This document shows, one piece after another, positions 28,501-38,163 of a stretch of DNA of 56,804 nt. The position numbers were made by a program, and so were the translations under genes. This DNA is from a virus (lineage: Duplodnaviria; Caudoviricetes), in the IMG/VR virus record IMGVR_UViG_3300032240_000220, positions 1-56,804 of that record; one strand, given 5' to 3'. Every line of letters starts with the position of its first letter. The first letter of the stretch is position 1. The notes under the pieces were generated by a model, which had not been told where the DNA came from, did no database searches, and worked only from the letters and a program-made list of their open reading frames with translations.

Positions 28501-30759
28501 AAAACTTAATGTCATTGCACTTGTTCTTGTTGAAGCGTCAAGTGTTCCTATGTTCCATATAGTTTGAACTGATACTGTTGTAATAGATCCTGCGTTATCA
28601 AATACGGCAGTATCTTGAGGTAATGGAAAATTGTTAACAGCAGGCGTACCGCCAGATGCTGTACACCATGCTGTAGCAGAATAATTGTTTGTCCCCGCCA
28701 AGTTCCAGTAAACAGTCTTAGGCGCTGGAAATGTTATGCCTGAATTGTTTCCACAATCTCCTGCTCTAGTAGGTGCTGTACCTGCCGCTGTTCCTGCAAT
28801 AGTTATATCGCGGAAATCAGTATCTGTAGCTGATAAGCTATTAACCGTTAACGTGATTTTTGTTCCAAGTACGCTTGACTGAACAAACCCGCGTTGTACG
28901 GCAGATCCGCCACCGCAAGTAAATGTTCCATTGATTGTTTGGTTTGCACTAAAAGTGCATGGCATATAACCAGCAGTTGCAGAAGCGGTAATTAATAAAT
29001 TATTAAAAGTATTTGCACCAGTAATATTAATAAATGCAGAATTGTTTCCTGTAAATGACACATTGTAAAAAGTTACGCCTGCGCCATTAAAAGATTTTGA
29101 AGAAGAAGAAGCGCTAGAGATAGTTATTGTTGATGTTCCAGCAGTAAATGTTAAATTAGTTGATGTTGTAAAAACAAATGGTGTATTAGCTGTTAACGTA
29201 ACTGCGCTTGAACCAAGGCTAATTGTTCTTACATTACTATTATCAGAAGATATTGCATCTGCTGTAACAGAAAAATTTGCAGTATTGAAAGTACCGTTGG
29301 TAACAGTCAGCGTATTTGCGCCAATATTAAACGCATCAGCAAGCTGAACAGTTCCACCGTATGTGTCTACAGCCATTTGGCAAGTAAATGCTATACCTGC
29401 GCTAGTGATGGTTTGTGTACTGCCACCAGATAATGTTTGAGTTTGAAATCCACTTAAAGTTGTGCCACTCCCGTTTTTCCAATTTCCATACCAAGTTGTT
29501 GCATTAGTAAAAGCTAATGTCATTGCACTTGTACGTGCAGACATATCTACAGATGAAATCCATAAAAATGCGCTATCTAATGTAATTGTTCCAGTTACGC
29601 TTCCTGCATTTGTAAAAGTAGCTGTATCTTGAGGTAATGGAAAATTATCAGTAGATGGCGTTCCTGTTGAAGTGGTTGCCCATGCGTTTGCTGACCAGTT
29701 TTGTGCGCCAGCCAAATTCCAATACACAATCTTGGGTGCATCAAAAGTAATGCCTGTGCAGTTACCACGGTTACCTATACGAGTACCACTGATAGGCGAG
29801 GCTGTGCCTATGACATAGATATCGCGGAAATCTGCATCTGTAAGACTTGCGGCGCTGTTACAAGTTAATGTCCATCCAATACCGTATGTAGAGGAAGCAA
29901 AAAACACACGTTGGTTACCTGCTGTGCCTGTTGTTGACAGGGTTCCGTTAATTGTTTGGTTTCCACTAAACGATACATACATCTGCCCCGTGGTAAAGGG
30001 GGCGGCGATAGATAGATTGTTAAAAGTGTTTGCACCGTCGTCTAATACAAAAAACCCAGAAGTAGTTTGGGTAACTGCTACGTTGTAGAAGGTTTTTCCT
30101 CCACCATAGAAATAAACAGTAGTGGATTTTGTGTTTAAGATATTTATCTGCGAAGTACCTGCATTAAAAGACAGGTTTGTAGACGTAAAGTTTACAGGAT
30201 TCCCCCCTGTGGTGGACGAACCTAGGTTTATGGTTGAATTGCTAAGGTTGATTGCTCTAATCGACGCGCTATTAGAATTAAGCGATAGCGTAGTGATTGC
30301 AAACCCGCCTGAATTAAATGTTCCATTGTTTACTGCAATTGAATTGGTTAATCCTGTAGTTAGCGCCGATCCTAACGTCCATGCACCACCAACTCCACTA
30401 AAAGTTAGCGAACCATTGAGGGTAGTTCCGTTAGTTGTAACTGTTTTGCCTGTTGTTGTTGCATTAAACGTAATAGCGCCAGTAGAACTCCATACAGTAC
30501 CAGCCAACAAAGACATTGACCCACTAATTGTTGGAGTACCAGTGCTACTAAACGTAACAGTGCCAGCAGAAACTGTAAAGTCAAGGCAAGTAAGTGCGCC
30601 TGTTAATGTGACCGTATAAGTTCCTGCTTGGTCAAAGAATACTGAGTCAGCGGCTGTAGGTACAGAAGCACCACTAGCTCCGCCAGATGAAGCAGACCAA
30701 TTGGTTGTGCTTGATGTGTTCCAAGTACCCGCTCCACCCACCCAATATCTATTAGCCAC
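25579..30759 (-). CDS. Giant beta-rich adhesin/receptor-binding fibre with five ~340-aa repeats
   Basis: 1726 aa, T/S/G/N-rich; repeats begin YWVGG/YWNLAG/YFAQTG...NW; visibly AT-richer than the core genes. Confidence 0.75.
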   Translation of the reverse strand: MANRYWVGGAGTWNTSSTTNWSASSGGASGASVPTAADSVFFDQAGTYTVTLTGALTCLDFTVSAGTVTFSSTGTPTISGSMSLLAGTVWSSTGAITFNATTTGKTVTTNGTTLNGSLTFSGVGGAWTLGSALTTGLTNSIAVNNGTFNSGGFAITTLSLNSNSASIRAINLSNSTINLGSSTTGGNPVNFTSTNLSFNAGTSQINILNTKSTTVYFYGGGKTFYNVAVTQTTSGFFVLDDGANTFNNLSIAAPFTTGQMYVSFSGNQTINGTLSTTGTAGNQRVFFASSTYGIGWTLTCNSAASLTDADFRDIYVIGTASPISGTRIGNRGNCTGITFDAPKIVYWNLAGAQNWSANAWATTSTGTPSTDNFPLPQDTATFTNAGSVTGTITLDSAFLWISSVDMSARTSAMTLAFTNATTWYGNWKNGSGTTLSGFQTQTLSGGSTQTITSAGIAFTCQMAVDTYGGTVQLADAFNIGANTLTVTNGTFNTANFSVTADAISSDNSNVRTISLGSSAVTLTANTPFVFTTSTNLTFTAGTSTITISSASSSSKSFNGAGVTFYNVSFTGNNSAFINITGANTFNNLLITASATAGYMPCTFSANQTINGTFTCGGGSAVQRGFVQSSVLGTKITLTVNSLSATDTDFRDITIAGTAAGTAPTRAGDCGNNSGITFPAPKTVYWNLAGTNNYSATAWCTASGGTPAVNNFPLPQDTAVFDNAGSITTVSVQTIWNIGTLDASTRTSAMTLSFSVNTSIYGNFKLGTGVATSGSANLLFVKFGTQTITCNGASFGSSLVVSPASPNTVLQLADAFTSGNGISITSGTFDSANFAVTASLFSISGANCVLKMGNSTWTITGAQLYSWDTSIITSTIFTGQSNIVFSNNTTTPRGFVAASGQYYNKITIGGSAISNFSLRGTFVLGELASTKTTAHTITIFSIEIYSIGKWSVTGTAGNVVTVQPSSVATAYTLFITGPANTGIDYLSISYCAVSTTSVGEFYVGANSTNTAGNTGPIFFTATPAARTLYWVGGTGNWSSTTKWSTSSGGASGASIPMSLDTVTFNSASNATAYTATIDAGVAIARCASFTMAGPASGNVTFAGFVNIAFHGNVSFAATGITNTYTGTINCVGNSSYTFITNGVTLGSSVAVNGIGSTWTLGSALNIGGNTVAITYGTFSTSSSGNYAVTASVFSSSNANARTINLNASTLTLSSIAIPWNMTSSTNATLNAGTSTINLSGAGATFAGGGQTFSDVSFTSTALTTPSITGANTFNNVSITGRTTIGIGKITFAADQTINYLTVTAGTASAYRIMILSSVFGTTRTLTIPNIDLTDVDFQDITGAGTWTVGGVNTRIGDCGGNSGNITFTSARTHYFAQTGSANWGATGTGSWASTSGGATNANRFPLAQDTAIFPAATYPASGSTTTINANYNIGTIDMSLRTSNTMTLATSTATPFIYGNWINGSGITLSGTGAMTFAGRTTQTITSVSKLFSQPIIINSPSGSVTLQDSFSTNAVVSTTLTNGTLNLNNFALFTSTFSSSGSGTRTLTFGSSSLVLLGTGTVWNMATSTNATINKGTGNISLNDTSTTAKTFAGGGLSYPELSIGGATGISTLTITGNNTFAKISSIKTVANTIDLGTTTQTVGAWTATGTSGNLLTITGTSYLSPATLIYTGAGSLSGVNYVVPTFVRAYPTTTTWSINNSTNGGSLGFVFTFSATATGNFFLMF

Positions 30760-30769
30760 TTACGGCTCC

Positions 30770-31063
30770 TTACGCTTTAACGTACCAAGAACTGTTTACT
30801 TCAATCAATACTGCTCCAGATGGAGGAGTTCCTTCAAGCAAGTTATATGTAGCACCAGCAATGGTAATTGTCTGCGCTGGTGGGGCAGGTGTTTCTTCAA
30901 CGGTTTCAGATGGGGGAGCATTCACAATAGCCCACCAGTTGTCATAGCGTTGTTGCTTCATCGCCTCAATTTCAGCATCTGTGAATGTGTGATCTTCTGG
31001 TAAATGAAGCGCATCACGAAATACGCCATTTGGTGAGTCAAATTCAAATTCAATCTTAATCAT
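30770..31063 (-). CDS. Tail-fibre-associated hypothetical protein
   Basis: 97 aa between fibre genes; AAGGAG RBS. Confidence 0.7.
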   Translation of the reverse strand: MIKIEFEFDSPNGVFRDALHLPEDHTFTDAEIEAMKQQRYDNWWAIVNAPPSETVEETPAPPAQTITIAGATYNLLEGTPPSGAVLIEVNSSWYVKA

Positions 31064-31073
31064 TGTGTGCTCC

Positions 31074-33059
31074 TTAAGCTTGTGTTGTTACAGCTACTAC
31101 GTCCCAGCGCGTATTGTTGGCGTTGTAAATACAACCCACATACGTTGTTTTGGTTGCTGTGGTCGCTACGGGTAATGTTACACCGATAACAGTGTAAGTT
31201 GCATTCCAAGTCAAAGTTCTAGTTGTTCCGTTATCTAACAATCTAAATATCAACTTGTCACCATCTACAGGCGTTCCTATTGGAGCATTGATGGTCAATG
31301 TAGCCGCCAACGCGGTAAATGCATACTCATCAAATGAGGCAAGGTCTGGAGTCACAGAAGACGCTGAAGCGGCGCTAGATACCCGTGGGTCAATTCGCTT
31401 GTTTGTCAAGGTCACCGCGCCAGCATTCGTCGTTACTGTGCCACTGGTAGGCAAAGTCAATGCCGTAGTTCCAGAAACTGTCAGCGTTGTGCCAAAGCTT
31501 CCTGAGATGGTTAAGGTACTAGCGGCATTGTTTGCCACGCCAGTGCCGCCATATGCCGCGCCTATTACCGAAGCATTCCACGTTCCAGAAGTGATGGTTC
31601 CAACACTTGCCAAACTAGACAATGTTGTAACAGCGGTGTTTACTAAAGTACCAGAAGTTGGCAATGTAACTGATGTAGTTCCACTTACTGTAAATGTAGT
31701 TCCAAAGTTTCCTGAGATGGTAATGGTGCTTGCCGCGTTATTTGCTACACCAGTGCCACCGTAGGCGGCTCCTATGACGCTTCCATTCCACGTTCCAGTT
31801 CCAATTGTGCCAATGCTAGTTAGGCTAGACAAAGTAGTCACAGCAGTGTTTACTAAAGTACCACTTGTTGGCAAAGTAACGCTAGTAAGAGCAGTTGTGG
31901 TCAGGGTGAGTCCAAACGCTCCAGCGGTCGTAAAAGCCCCTGCTGTAGAAACATTTCCAGCCAAAGTGATAGTGTTTGAGCCGTTATTTACGCCTGTACC
32001 GCCATAAGTAGCACCAATTAAGGTGCCATTCCATGTTCCTGAAGTAATTGTTCCTATACTTGCTAGGCTTGACAAAGTAGTAACAGCAGTATTTACAAGC
32101 GTTCCAGAAGTGGGCAAAGTAACACTAGTCAGGGCTGTAGTTGTTAAAGTAAGACCAAAAGCGCCTGATGTTGTGAAAGCACCAGCGGTAGAGATGTTGC
32201 CACTCAAAGTAATGGTGTTTGCACCATTATTTACACCAGTACCACCATATGTTCCACCAATAATTGAACCGTTCCAAGTGCCAGAGGTAATAGTGCCAAT
32301 GCTTGCAAGGCTAGACAGCGTTGTTACAGCAGTGTTTACCAGCGTTCCAGAGGTTGGCAGGGTGACGCTGGTAAGAGCAGTTGTGGTCAAAGTCAGACCA
32401 AAAGCTCCAGCAGTTGTAAATGCTCCAGCAGTGGAAATGTTTCCACCTAAAGTAATTGTGTTAGAACCATTGTTTACACCTGTACCACCGTTTGTACCTA
32501 TTAAAAGTCCAGCCAGAGTAATAGTTCCTGACCCAGTGATTGGGCCTCCTGAAGTGGTCAGGCCAGTTGTTCCGCCTGATACGCCTACGCTAGTAACCGT
32601 ACCTCCAGAACCAGTTGCTGACAACGTCCCAGCAACAAAAGATACCCCAGTTCCAATGGTGACGTTACTAAATCCACCAGAACCATCCCCATAAAGGATG
32701 GATGTTCCAGAGGTGGCAGGGGCGTAGTCTGTGCCAGAGGTAGCCGCGGAGATCGCTGTACCGTTGCCCTTCAGCAGTCCTGTGACGGTCGTAGATAGGG
32801 TAATGGCAGGTGTAGTCGTTGCAGTTGCTACAGTGCCTGCTAGACCGTTTGCAGAGACTACAGAAACAGATTGAACGGTTGCTGTTGCGCCTGTTGAAGA
32901 TGCAAGCAAAAATACTGCTCCGCCACTGTCTTTTGCATAAAGCTTCTTGTCAGCGAGGTTTAACGCTAACTCACCATTTAGGAGGTTTGTGTTTACTGGT
33001 ACAGCAGACGCAGTCGTGCTGTAGTAAAGCTGGATAGGGGTGTAGCCACTTTGTGCCAT
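31074..33059 (-). CDS. Tail fibre protein with internal tandem repeats
   Basis: N-terminal GELALN..D.KLY domain; repeated TTLSSLASIGTITSGTWNG...GGTGVNN units. Confidence 0.8.
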   Translation of the reverse strand: MAQSGYTPIQLYYSTTASAVPVNTNLLNGELALNLADKKLYAKDSGGAVFLLASSTGATATVQSVSVVSANGLAGTVATATTTPAITLSTTVTGLLKGNGTAISAATSGTDYAPATSGTSILYGDGSGGFSNVTIGTGVSFVAGTLSATGSGGTVTSVGVSGGTTGLTTSGGPITGSGTITLAGLLIGTNGGTGVNNGSNTITLGGNISTAGAFTTAGAFGLTLTTTALTSVTLPTSGTLVNTAVTTLSSLASIGTITSGTWNGSIIGGTYGGTGVNNGANTITLSGNISTAGAFTTSGAFGLTLTTTALTSVTLPTSGTLVNTAVTTLSSLASIGTITSGTWNGTLIGATYGGTGVNNGSNTITLAGNVSTAGAFTTAGAFGLTLTTTALTSVTLPTSGTLVNTAVTTLSSLTSIGTIGTGTWNGSVIGAAYGGTGVANNAASTITISGNFGTTFTVSGTTSVTLPTSGTLVNTAVTTLSSLASVGTITSGTWNASVIGAAYGGTGVANNAASTLTISGSFGTTLTVSGTTALTLPTSGTVTTNAGAVTLTNKRIDPRVSSAASASSVTPDLASFDEYAFTALAATLTINAPIGTPVDGDKLIFRLLDNGTTRTLTWNATYTVIGVTLPVATTATKTTYVGCIYNANNTRWDVVAVTTQA

Positions 33060-36000
33060 TTAGAAGGTTCCTCCTGAAACTCCAGAGGTAATTTTACCTG
33101 TGGAGGGGTTTGCTGTCAGTCCTGTTGCGACCAATTGAGGAAGATTTCCTGTATTGGCGCTGACAACTGTGATGTAGTAGTCAGCGTTCGTGCTACTAGC
33201 AGTAATTGCTGTGTTCGTTGCGTTTGTTGCATTTGTTGCAGATCCAACAGATAAAGTCGACTGAGCTACATAAGTAGGGGCAGATGCTCCAGCGGTCAGA
33301 ACATAACCAGATGTACCCAAAGCCAGCGTTGTTGTAGCTGATGCCCCAGTCTGATAGACCAAAGACCCAGCCGCACCGCCTGTCACGTTTGTTGCCGTAG
33401 TAGCTGAGCCAACAGAAAGGGTTGATTGAGCTACATACTGAGGCGCAGATGCACCAGCCGTCAAAACGTATCCAGACGACCCTAACGCAAGACTAACAAG
33501 CGTAGATGTTCCAGAGGCGTATAAAAGATCGCCAATGGCGTAAGAAGTCAATCCTGTACCGCCGTAACCAACCCCAATTGTGCTGGCATTCCAAGTTCCT
33601 GTGCCAATCGTACCGAGAGTTGTCAAGCTCGTGCTACCAGCCAATGGAGAGGCTCCAATGCTGTTGTAGGACAAAGTAACAGCAGTTCCACCGTTAAATG
33701 TGGTTCCTGATACCGCCCCTAAACCACTATTACTAAGCGTCAATGCGTTAGTTGTATTGGCTGTAATCGTTGTAGATCCACCCAAGCTAACAGAACTACC
33801 ATTTATCGTAATAGAAGAATTTGCAAGATATGAATTAGCAATTGCCGTTCCATTCCAAACTCCTGCTGTAATTGTTCCAACGCCTGTAATGCCTGCGTAG
33901 GAGCCACTGATATAAGCAGAACCTACGGTTCCAGACGTAATCTGGTTGCCATTAATAGCAATTGTGACGTCTGTAGCTAAAGTAAGTTGACCTTGCGCAT
34001 TTACTGTAAAAGTTGGAACAACAGAGGAAGAGCCATACAAATTTGCGGTTACCCCTGTATTAGAAATATTAAAAGTCGTTGCTGGAGATAAATTTAAACC
34101 TGTGCCAGCGGTATATACAAGAGGCGCGTTGAACTGTATAAAAACTAATGGCGTTGTTCCTACAGTAATTGGCAAAGGTGTTTGCTGAACCCATGCAGTT
34201 GATGCATTTGTTCCTGAGATGACAAGCATGTAATCGCCTGCATCAATCTCGTTTGTTCCGCTTCCGCTTGAATCATAGTCAGTTGCGCGAGTCAAAACCC
34301 ATGCGGTTAAGGCAGAGCCAACAGATGTAACGGTATACACACCGTTATACGCATCAAAACCACCAACAGATGGCTCATCCTTAACAAGAACACGCTGTCC
34401 AACACTTGGGGAACCACCACCTAAAGACAAAGTGGCGTAAGGAACATTTTTTGTGATTGTTGCCCCTACCCCAGATGCACCGTTGTTATAGGTATAAGCT
34501 CCAAGGGCAGTAGTCGTTGCATAGTTGACTGGTTGGTGATAGTTCAATCCAGCCGCAATAGAGTCAACATATTGCTTAGTTGCTACTTGCAAATCTGCTG
34601 TTGGGTCTTGCGTTAGCGTAATAGATGTCAACCCAGATAAAGTAGTAACAGTTCCGCCTAAAGCAACATTAGTCGATCCAATCGTTACCGATGAATTGTC
34701 AAGCGCAGAATTTGGAATGTTGGTTAGCGTATTAGTTGACCCACTAATTGTCTTGTTTGTCAATGTCTGAGTACCAGTCAGTGTCGCTACCGTCGAATCA
34801 ATTGCAACCGTAACAGCACCAGAGCCGTTATAGCTAGCTCCAGTCAACCCTGTGCCAATAGTTAACGCATTTGGGTTAACAGCGGTTATGGTTGCAGAAC
34901 CACCCAAAGACACAGTAGAACCATTAAACGTCACCGAACTGTTGGTCAGGCTTGCGTTACCAATATTTGAAAGCGTATTGGTTGCACCGCTTATGGATTT
35001 ATTGGTAAAAGTCTGTATGCCAGTCAATGTAGCAACAGTAGAGTCAATTGCTACAGTAACTGCTGTACCGCCATTAAAGCTTGTTCCAGTTAAACCTGTA
35101 CCAATCGTAAGAGCATTTGTGGTAGACGCTGTAATTGTGTCTGATCCACCCAAAGAAATGGTCGTTCCATTAACAGTCAAAGAGCTATTGGTCAAACTTG
35201 CATTAGCAATGTCTGTCAATGTATTGCTTGAGCCACTGATTGTTTTATTTGTTAGGGTTTGAATACCAGTCAAAGTGGCGACTGTTGAATCAATAGCTAC
35301 CGTAACCCCGCTAGAGCCGTTGTATGACGTTCCAGATAAACCAGTTCCAATGGTTAAATCATAAAGATTATTTCCAAGCGCTACGCCAGAAATGGTGTCA
35401 TATACAAGCGCGCTGTTAGGAAGATCAGTAAATGTATTGTTAGTTCCACTGAGAGTTTTGTTTGTCAGCGTTTGAGTGCCATCAAGCGTAACGACTGTTG
35501 AATCAATTGCAATGGTAACTGGGGTGGAGCCGTCATAACTCGATCCCGTCAAACCAGTACCTATGGTCAAAGCATTTGAGGCTGTGGCTGTAACGGTAAT
35601 CGAGCCGCCTAAACTAACCAATGATCCATTGATCGTGATAGAGCTATTGGTCAGAGCAGAGTTGTCAATGTTGCTAAGCGTTCCGCCCAAAGTCAAACTA
35701 CCGCTAGTAGTGACGCTTCCTGTTAGCGTTAATCCGTTAACAGTGCCTGCGCCCGATACAGAAGTAACTGTGCCAACGCTAACAGAACCACCAAGGCTAA
35801 TTGGTGAGCCATTTATGGTTATGGAGCTATTGACAAGGCTACCGTTGCCAATATTGGTGAGGGTGTTGCTTGATCCAGAGATGCTCTTGTTAGTAAGCGT
35901 CTGAGCACCAGTCAAAGTCACCACGGTAGAGTCTATGGAGATAGTCCCAGATGTGGTGATTGGCCCACCCGTCAGACCTGTGCCAGTGTTGATGAGGGTA

Positions 36001-36728
36001 ACGCCACCAACAGAAAAGGGTGTCCAGCTACCGCCAGAAAATCCTTCATAGCGATCAATGTCTGAGTTGTAACGAATCTGTCCATCTACGCCAGAGGGTT
36101 GTTGAGCGGTGGTTCCAATTGGGAGGGTAACGGCACCGACCCCGGGGAACACCGCGTCGCTCGCCAACCCTATTGTTGGGCTACCCGCAACCCCATTCCC
36201 ATTCGTTACTGCTACCTGATTAGTCGTCCCAAGTATCGAACGTGGGGTAACTGTAGAAGACCCAGTCAAAGTCACCAACCCAGTCCCAGACATGCTCGCA
36301 AAAGCCAGCGCTAAACCGCTCAAGCTCAGCGTTGGGTTACCTGCTACCCCATTACCATCAGCAATACTCAATCCATTGCCAGAGACCCCAATAAGGCGGT
36401 TTGTGACGGTGTTAGAGGCTGTCTTGACAATGATGCCGTTTCCAGCCGTCTCTAGGCTTCCAGAAGCGCCGTTAAGCGTGATCCGAAGGTAAGACTGCGC
36501 TCCGCCATTTTGTAGCCCCAAACCAGTACCTGTGGACAAGTATTGGCTGTTTGCTAGCGTTGGCTCATTGACTACCGTTAGGAAGCTCTGCGCAGAGACG
36601 TTCGCGGCGGCTAGCGCGGCGGTTGTTGTCTGGCGAGTCTGCCCACCTTGAACAATAGGAACCGCCTCCGTCCCGAGGATTGGGCCAGCCACTGGGAGTT
36701 GGGTGATGGTGGTTTGTACTGATGACAT
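33060..36728 (-). CDS. Long tail fibre protein (start probably MSSVQ)
   Basis: ITQLP N-terminus, GQIRYN, repeated IDSTV.TLTG.QTLTNK.ISG units, ATKQYVD, RVLVKD..NGVY, C-terminal SGGTF. Confidence 0.8.
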   Translation of the reverse strand: MSSVQTTITQLPVAGPILGTEAVPIVQGGQTRQTTTAALAAANVSAQSFLTVVNEPTLANSQYLSTGTGLGLQNGGAQSYLRITLNGASGSLETAGNGIIVKTASNTVTNRLIGVSGNGLSIADGNGVAGNPTLSLSGLALAFASMSGTGLVTLTGSSTVTPRSILGTTNQVAVTNGNGVAGSPTIGLASDAVFPGVGAVTLPIGTTAQQPSGVDGQIRYNSDIDRYEGFSGGSWTPFSVGGVTLINTGTGLTGGPITTSGTISIDSTVVTLTGAQTLTNKSISGSSNTLTNIGNGSLVNSSITINGSPISLGGSVSVGTVTSVSGAGTVNGLTLTGSVTTSGSLTLGGTLSNIDNSALTNSSITINGSLVSLGGSITVTATASNALTIGTGLTGSSYDGSTPVTIAIDSTVVTLDGTQTLTNKTLSGTNNTFTDLPNSALVYDTISGVALGNNLYDLTIGTGLSGTSYNGSSGVTVAIDSTVATLTGIQTLTNKTISGSSNTLTDIANASLTNSSLTVNGTTISLGGSDTITASTTNALTIGTGLTGTSFNGGTAVTVAIDSTVATLTGIQTFTNKSISGATNTLSNIGNASLTNSSVTFNGSTVSLGGSATITAVNPNALTIGTGLTGASYNGSGAVTVAIDSTVATLTGTQTLTNKTISGSTNTLTNIPNSALDNSSVTIGSTNVALGGTVTTLSGLTSITLTQDPTADLQVATKQYVDSIAAGLNYHQPVNYATTTALGAYTYNNGASGVGATITKNVPYATLSLGGGSPSVGQRVLVKDEPSVGGFDAYNGVYTVTSVGSALTAWVLTRATDYDSSGSGTNEIDAGDYMLVISGTNASTAWVQQTPLPITVGTTPLVFIQFNAPLVYTAGTGLNLSPATTFNISNTGVTANLYGSSSVVPTFTVNAQGQLTLATDVTIAINGNQITSGTVGSAYISGSYAGITGVGTITAGVWNGTAIANSYLANSSITINGSSVSLGGSTTITANTTNALTLSNSGLGAVSGTTFNGGTAVTLSYNSIGASPLAGSTSLTTLGTIGTGTWNASTIGVGYGGTGLTSYAIGDLLYASGTSTLVSLALGSSGYVLTAGASAPQYVAQSTLSVGSATTATNVTGGAAGSLVYQTGASATTTLALGTSGYVLTAGASAPTYVAQSTLSVGSATNATNATNTAITASSTNADYYITVVSANTGNLPQLVATGLTANPSTGKITSGVSGGTF

Positions 36729-36729
36729 A

Positions 36730-37071
36730 TCAAGGCTGTTGAACAATGCCCTCGACGTTACCGTCGGCTTCTGGGGTTTGACCGCTTTGTTGGGTAGAGA
36801 TGATGTATGCGCCGTAGCCGCCAGTCACCAACTGGTTGTTCTCCACCGCGACGCTGAGGTCAGGGCGAGGGAAGCGGATAGTGATGCGCTCGGTCTTACG
36901 GGCAGGTAGGCGGTAGGGATCGAACTGGTCGGCACAGCCTTGGTCACAGACTTGGAGACCGGGGAAGTTCGGATCGCTCCTCATCACCGAGTGCGCACGC
37001 TTCATCTTGCATCGGTCGCACACCGCAATCGCTATGTCCGCGTTGCCTAGCGTATCGAGGAACTTTGGCAT
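36730..37071 (-). CDS. Conserved Cys4 (Zn-finger-like) virion-module protein
   Basis: CDRC...VCDQGC, DPYRLP; GGAGG RBS. Confidence 0.7.
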   Translation of the reverse strand: MPKFLDTLGNADIAIAVCDRCKMKRAHSVMRSDPNFPGLQVCDQGCADQFDPYRLPARKTERITIRFPRPDLSVAVENNQLVTGGYGAYIISTQQSGQTPEADGNVEGIVQQP

Positions 37072-37080
37072 AGAACCTCC

Positions 37081-38154
37081 TTATCGGGTGTAAACGCTAA
37101 TATTCGGGGCGAAGTAGATGGGCGACTTGTCTCTTTCTTCCTGTTCGGCGTCGTAGAGATACTTGTCAGCCATTTTCTCAAGGTATTGCATACGCGCAGG
37201 GTCAACCGCAGGTAACTCCAAGCTCATGCGGTGAGCTAGCATCATCTGAACCGCCTCATACCAGCGCTGAGGGATCTCCAACTCACCATAAAGCTCGCCC
37301 ACATCCATGATTTGGCGTGAATACCACACCACCATCTGCACAAATGGATCAGAGGGGACGGGCCACAGGTAAATCGTAGGCTCAGGGATCGTTCTGTCAA
37401 ACCAAAATTGGAAAGGCTGGTTCGCAGTGAAGTTTTTGTTCGGTAAGTTGGTGTAATCGTCACGATTTAGGCGCGCCATCGTGATTTCAGTCGAGTTATT
37501 GCCGAAATACACTTCTCTGACGTTCAAAGTCGTGCCGTTATAGGCTCGGATGCGGTAATACTGCACCGTTTGACCTTCTTGTATGTCAGTCCATATCCAA
37601 ACGCCGTCCTCAGCAGTGATTTCACCAAGGTCTAACAGCGTTTTCCATGTAATTCCATCTAGGGAATACTCAAAAATGATGGATTCCAACCCAGAAGAGT
37701 TGGGCAAATAGCCAATTGAGCCTACGTAGACTGGATTGTCAGTGCCGTAGTCCACCAAAATGTTGCCATTAGGGGCATCTTGCTCGCAATAGGTATTAAT
37801 GTTGCTGTCAAAAGCGTTTTCTACCACTCCGCCATCGCTTGAGAGATAAAAGCCTGTGCTATTGGGTGTAGGACGCGCCATACGGCGGTACAAGGCGTTC
37901 AAAACTTCTACCGAACCCTTGGGTAGCTTGTAGGTCATTTTGTCGGCTTGTAGCCCAAAAACTTCCTTGTTGATTGCCCAATATTGAATTCCTCGATTAG
38001 CGAGGTTGGAGAGCAGGAAGTACAGGCTTTCTCTGGAAGCGATTTGCTGTTCGGAGGTCAACTCCTCAGCAAGCTTTCCGCAACGACGAGCACCATGGTC
38101 AATCAGCGACTGAACCTGAATGACTGTTTGACCAATTGTGTTCGAGTAAGCCAT
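37081..38154 (-). CDS. Head-tail connector protein with inserted discoidin (F5/8C)-like domain
   Basis: N- and C-terminal adaptor-like segments (NRGIQYW, IYLWPVP); central YSLDGITWKTL...QYYRIR. Confidence 0.6.
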   Translation of the reverse strand: MAYSNTIGQTVIQVQSLIDHGARRCGKLAEELTSEQQIASRESLYFLLSNLANRGIQYWAINKEVFGLQADKMTYKLPKGSVEVLNALYRRMARPTPNSTGFYLSSDGGVVENAFDSNINTYCEQDAPNGNILVDYGTDNPVYVGSIGYLPNSSGLESIIFEYSLDGITWKTLLDLGEITAEDGVWIWTDIQEGQTVQYYRIRAYNGTTLNVREVYFGNNSTEITMARLNRDDYTNLPNKNFTANQPFQFWFDRTIPEPTIYLWPVPSDPFVQMVVWYSRQIMDVGELYGELEIPQRWYEAVQMMLAHRMSLELPAVDPARMQYLEKMADKYLYDAEQEERDKSPIYFAPNISVYTR

Positions 38155-38163
38155 GAATCTTCC

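Noticed and set aside
31255-35904. Several Val/Pro-rich plus-strand ORFs
   Set aside because: Antisense mirrors of the Thr/Gly-rich fibre genes
25579-36746. Diversity-generating retroelement acting on fibre genes
   Set aside because: No reverse transcriptase and no TR/VR pair differing only at adenines; the repeats are in-frame protein repeats
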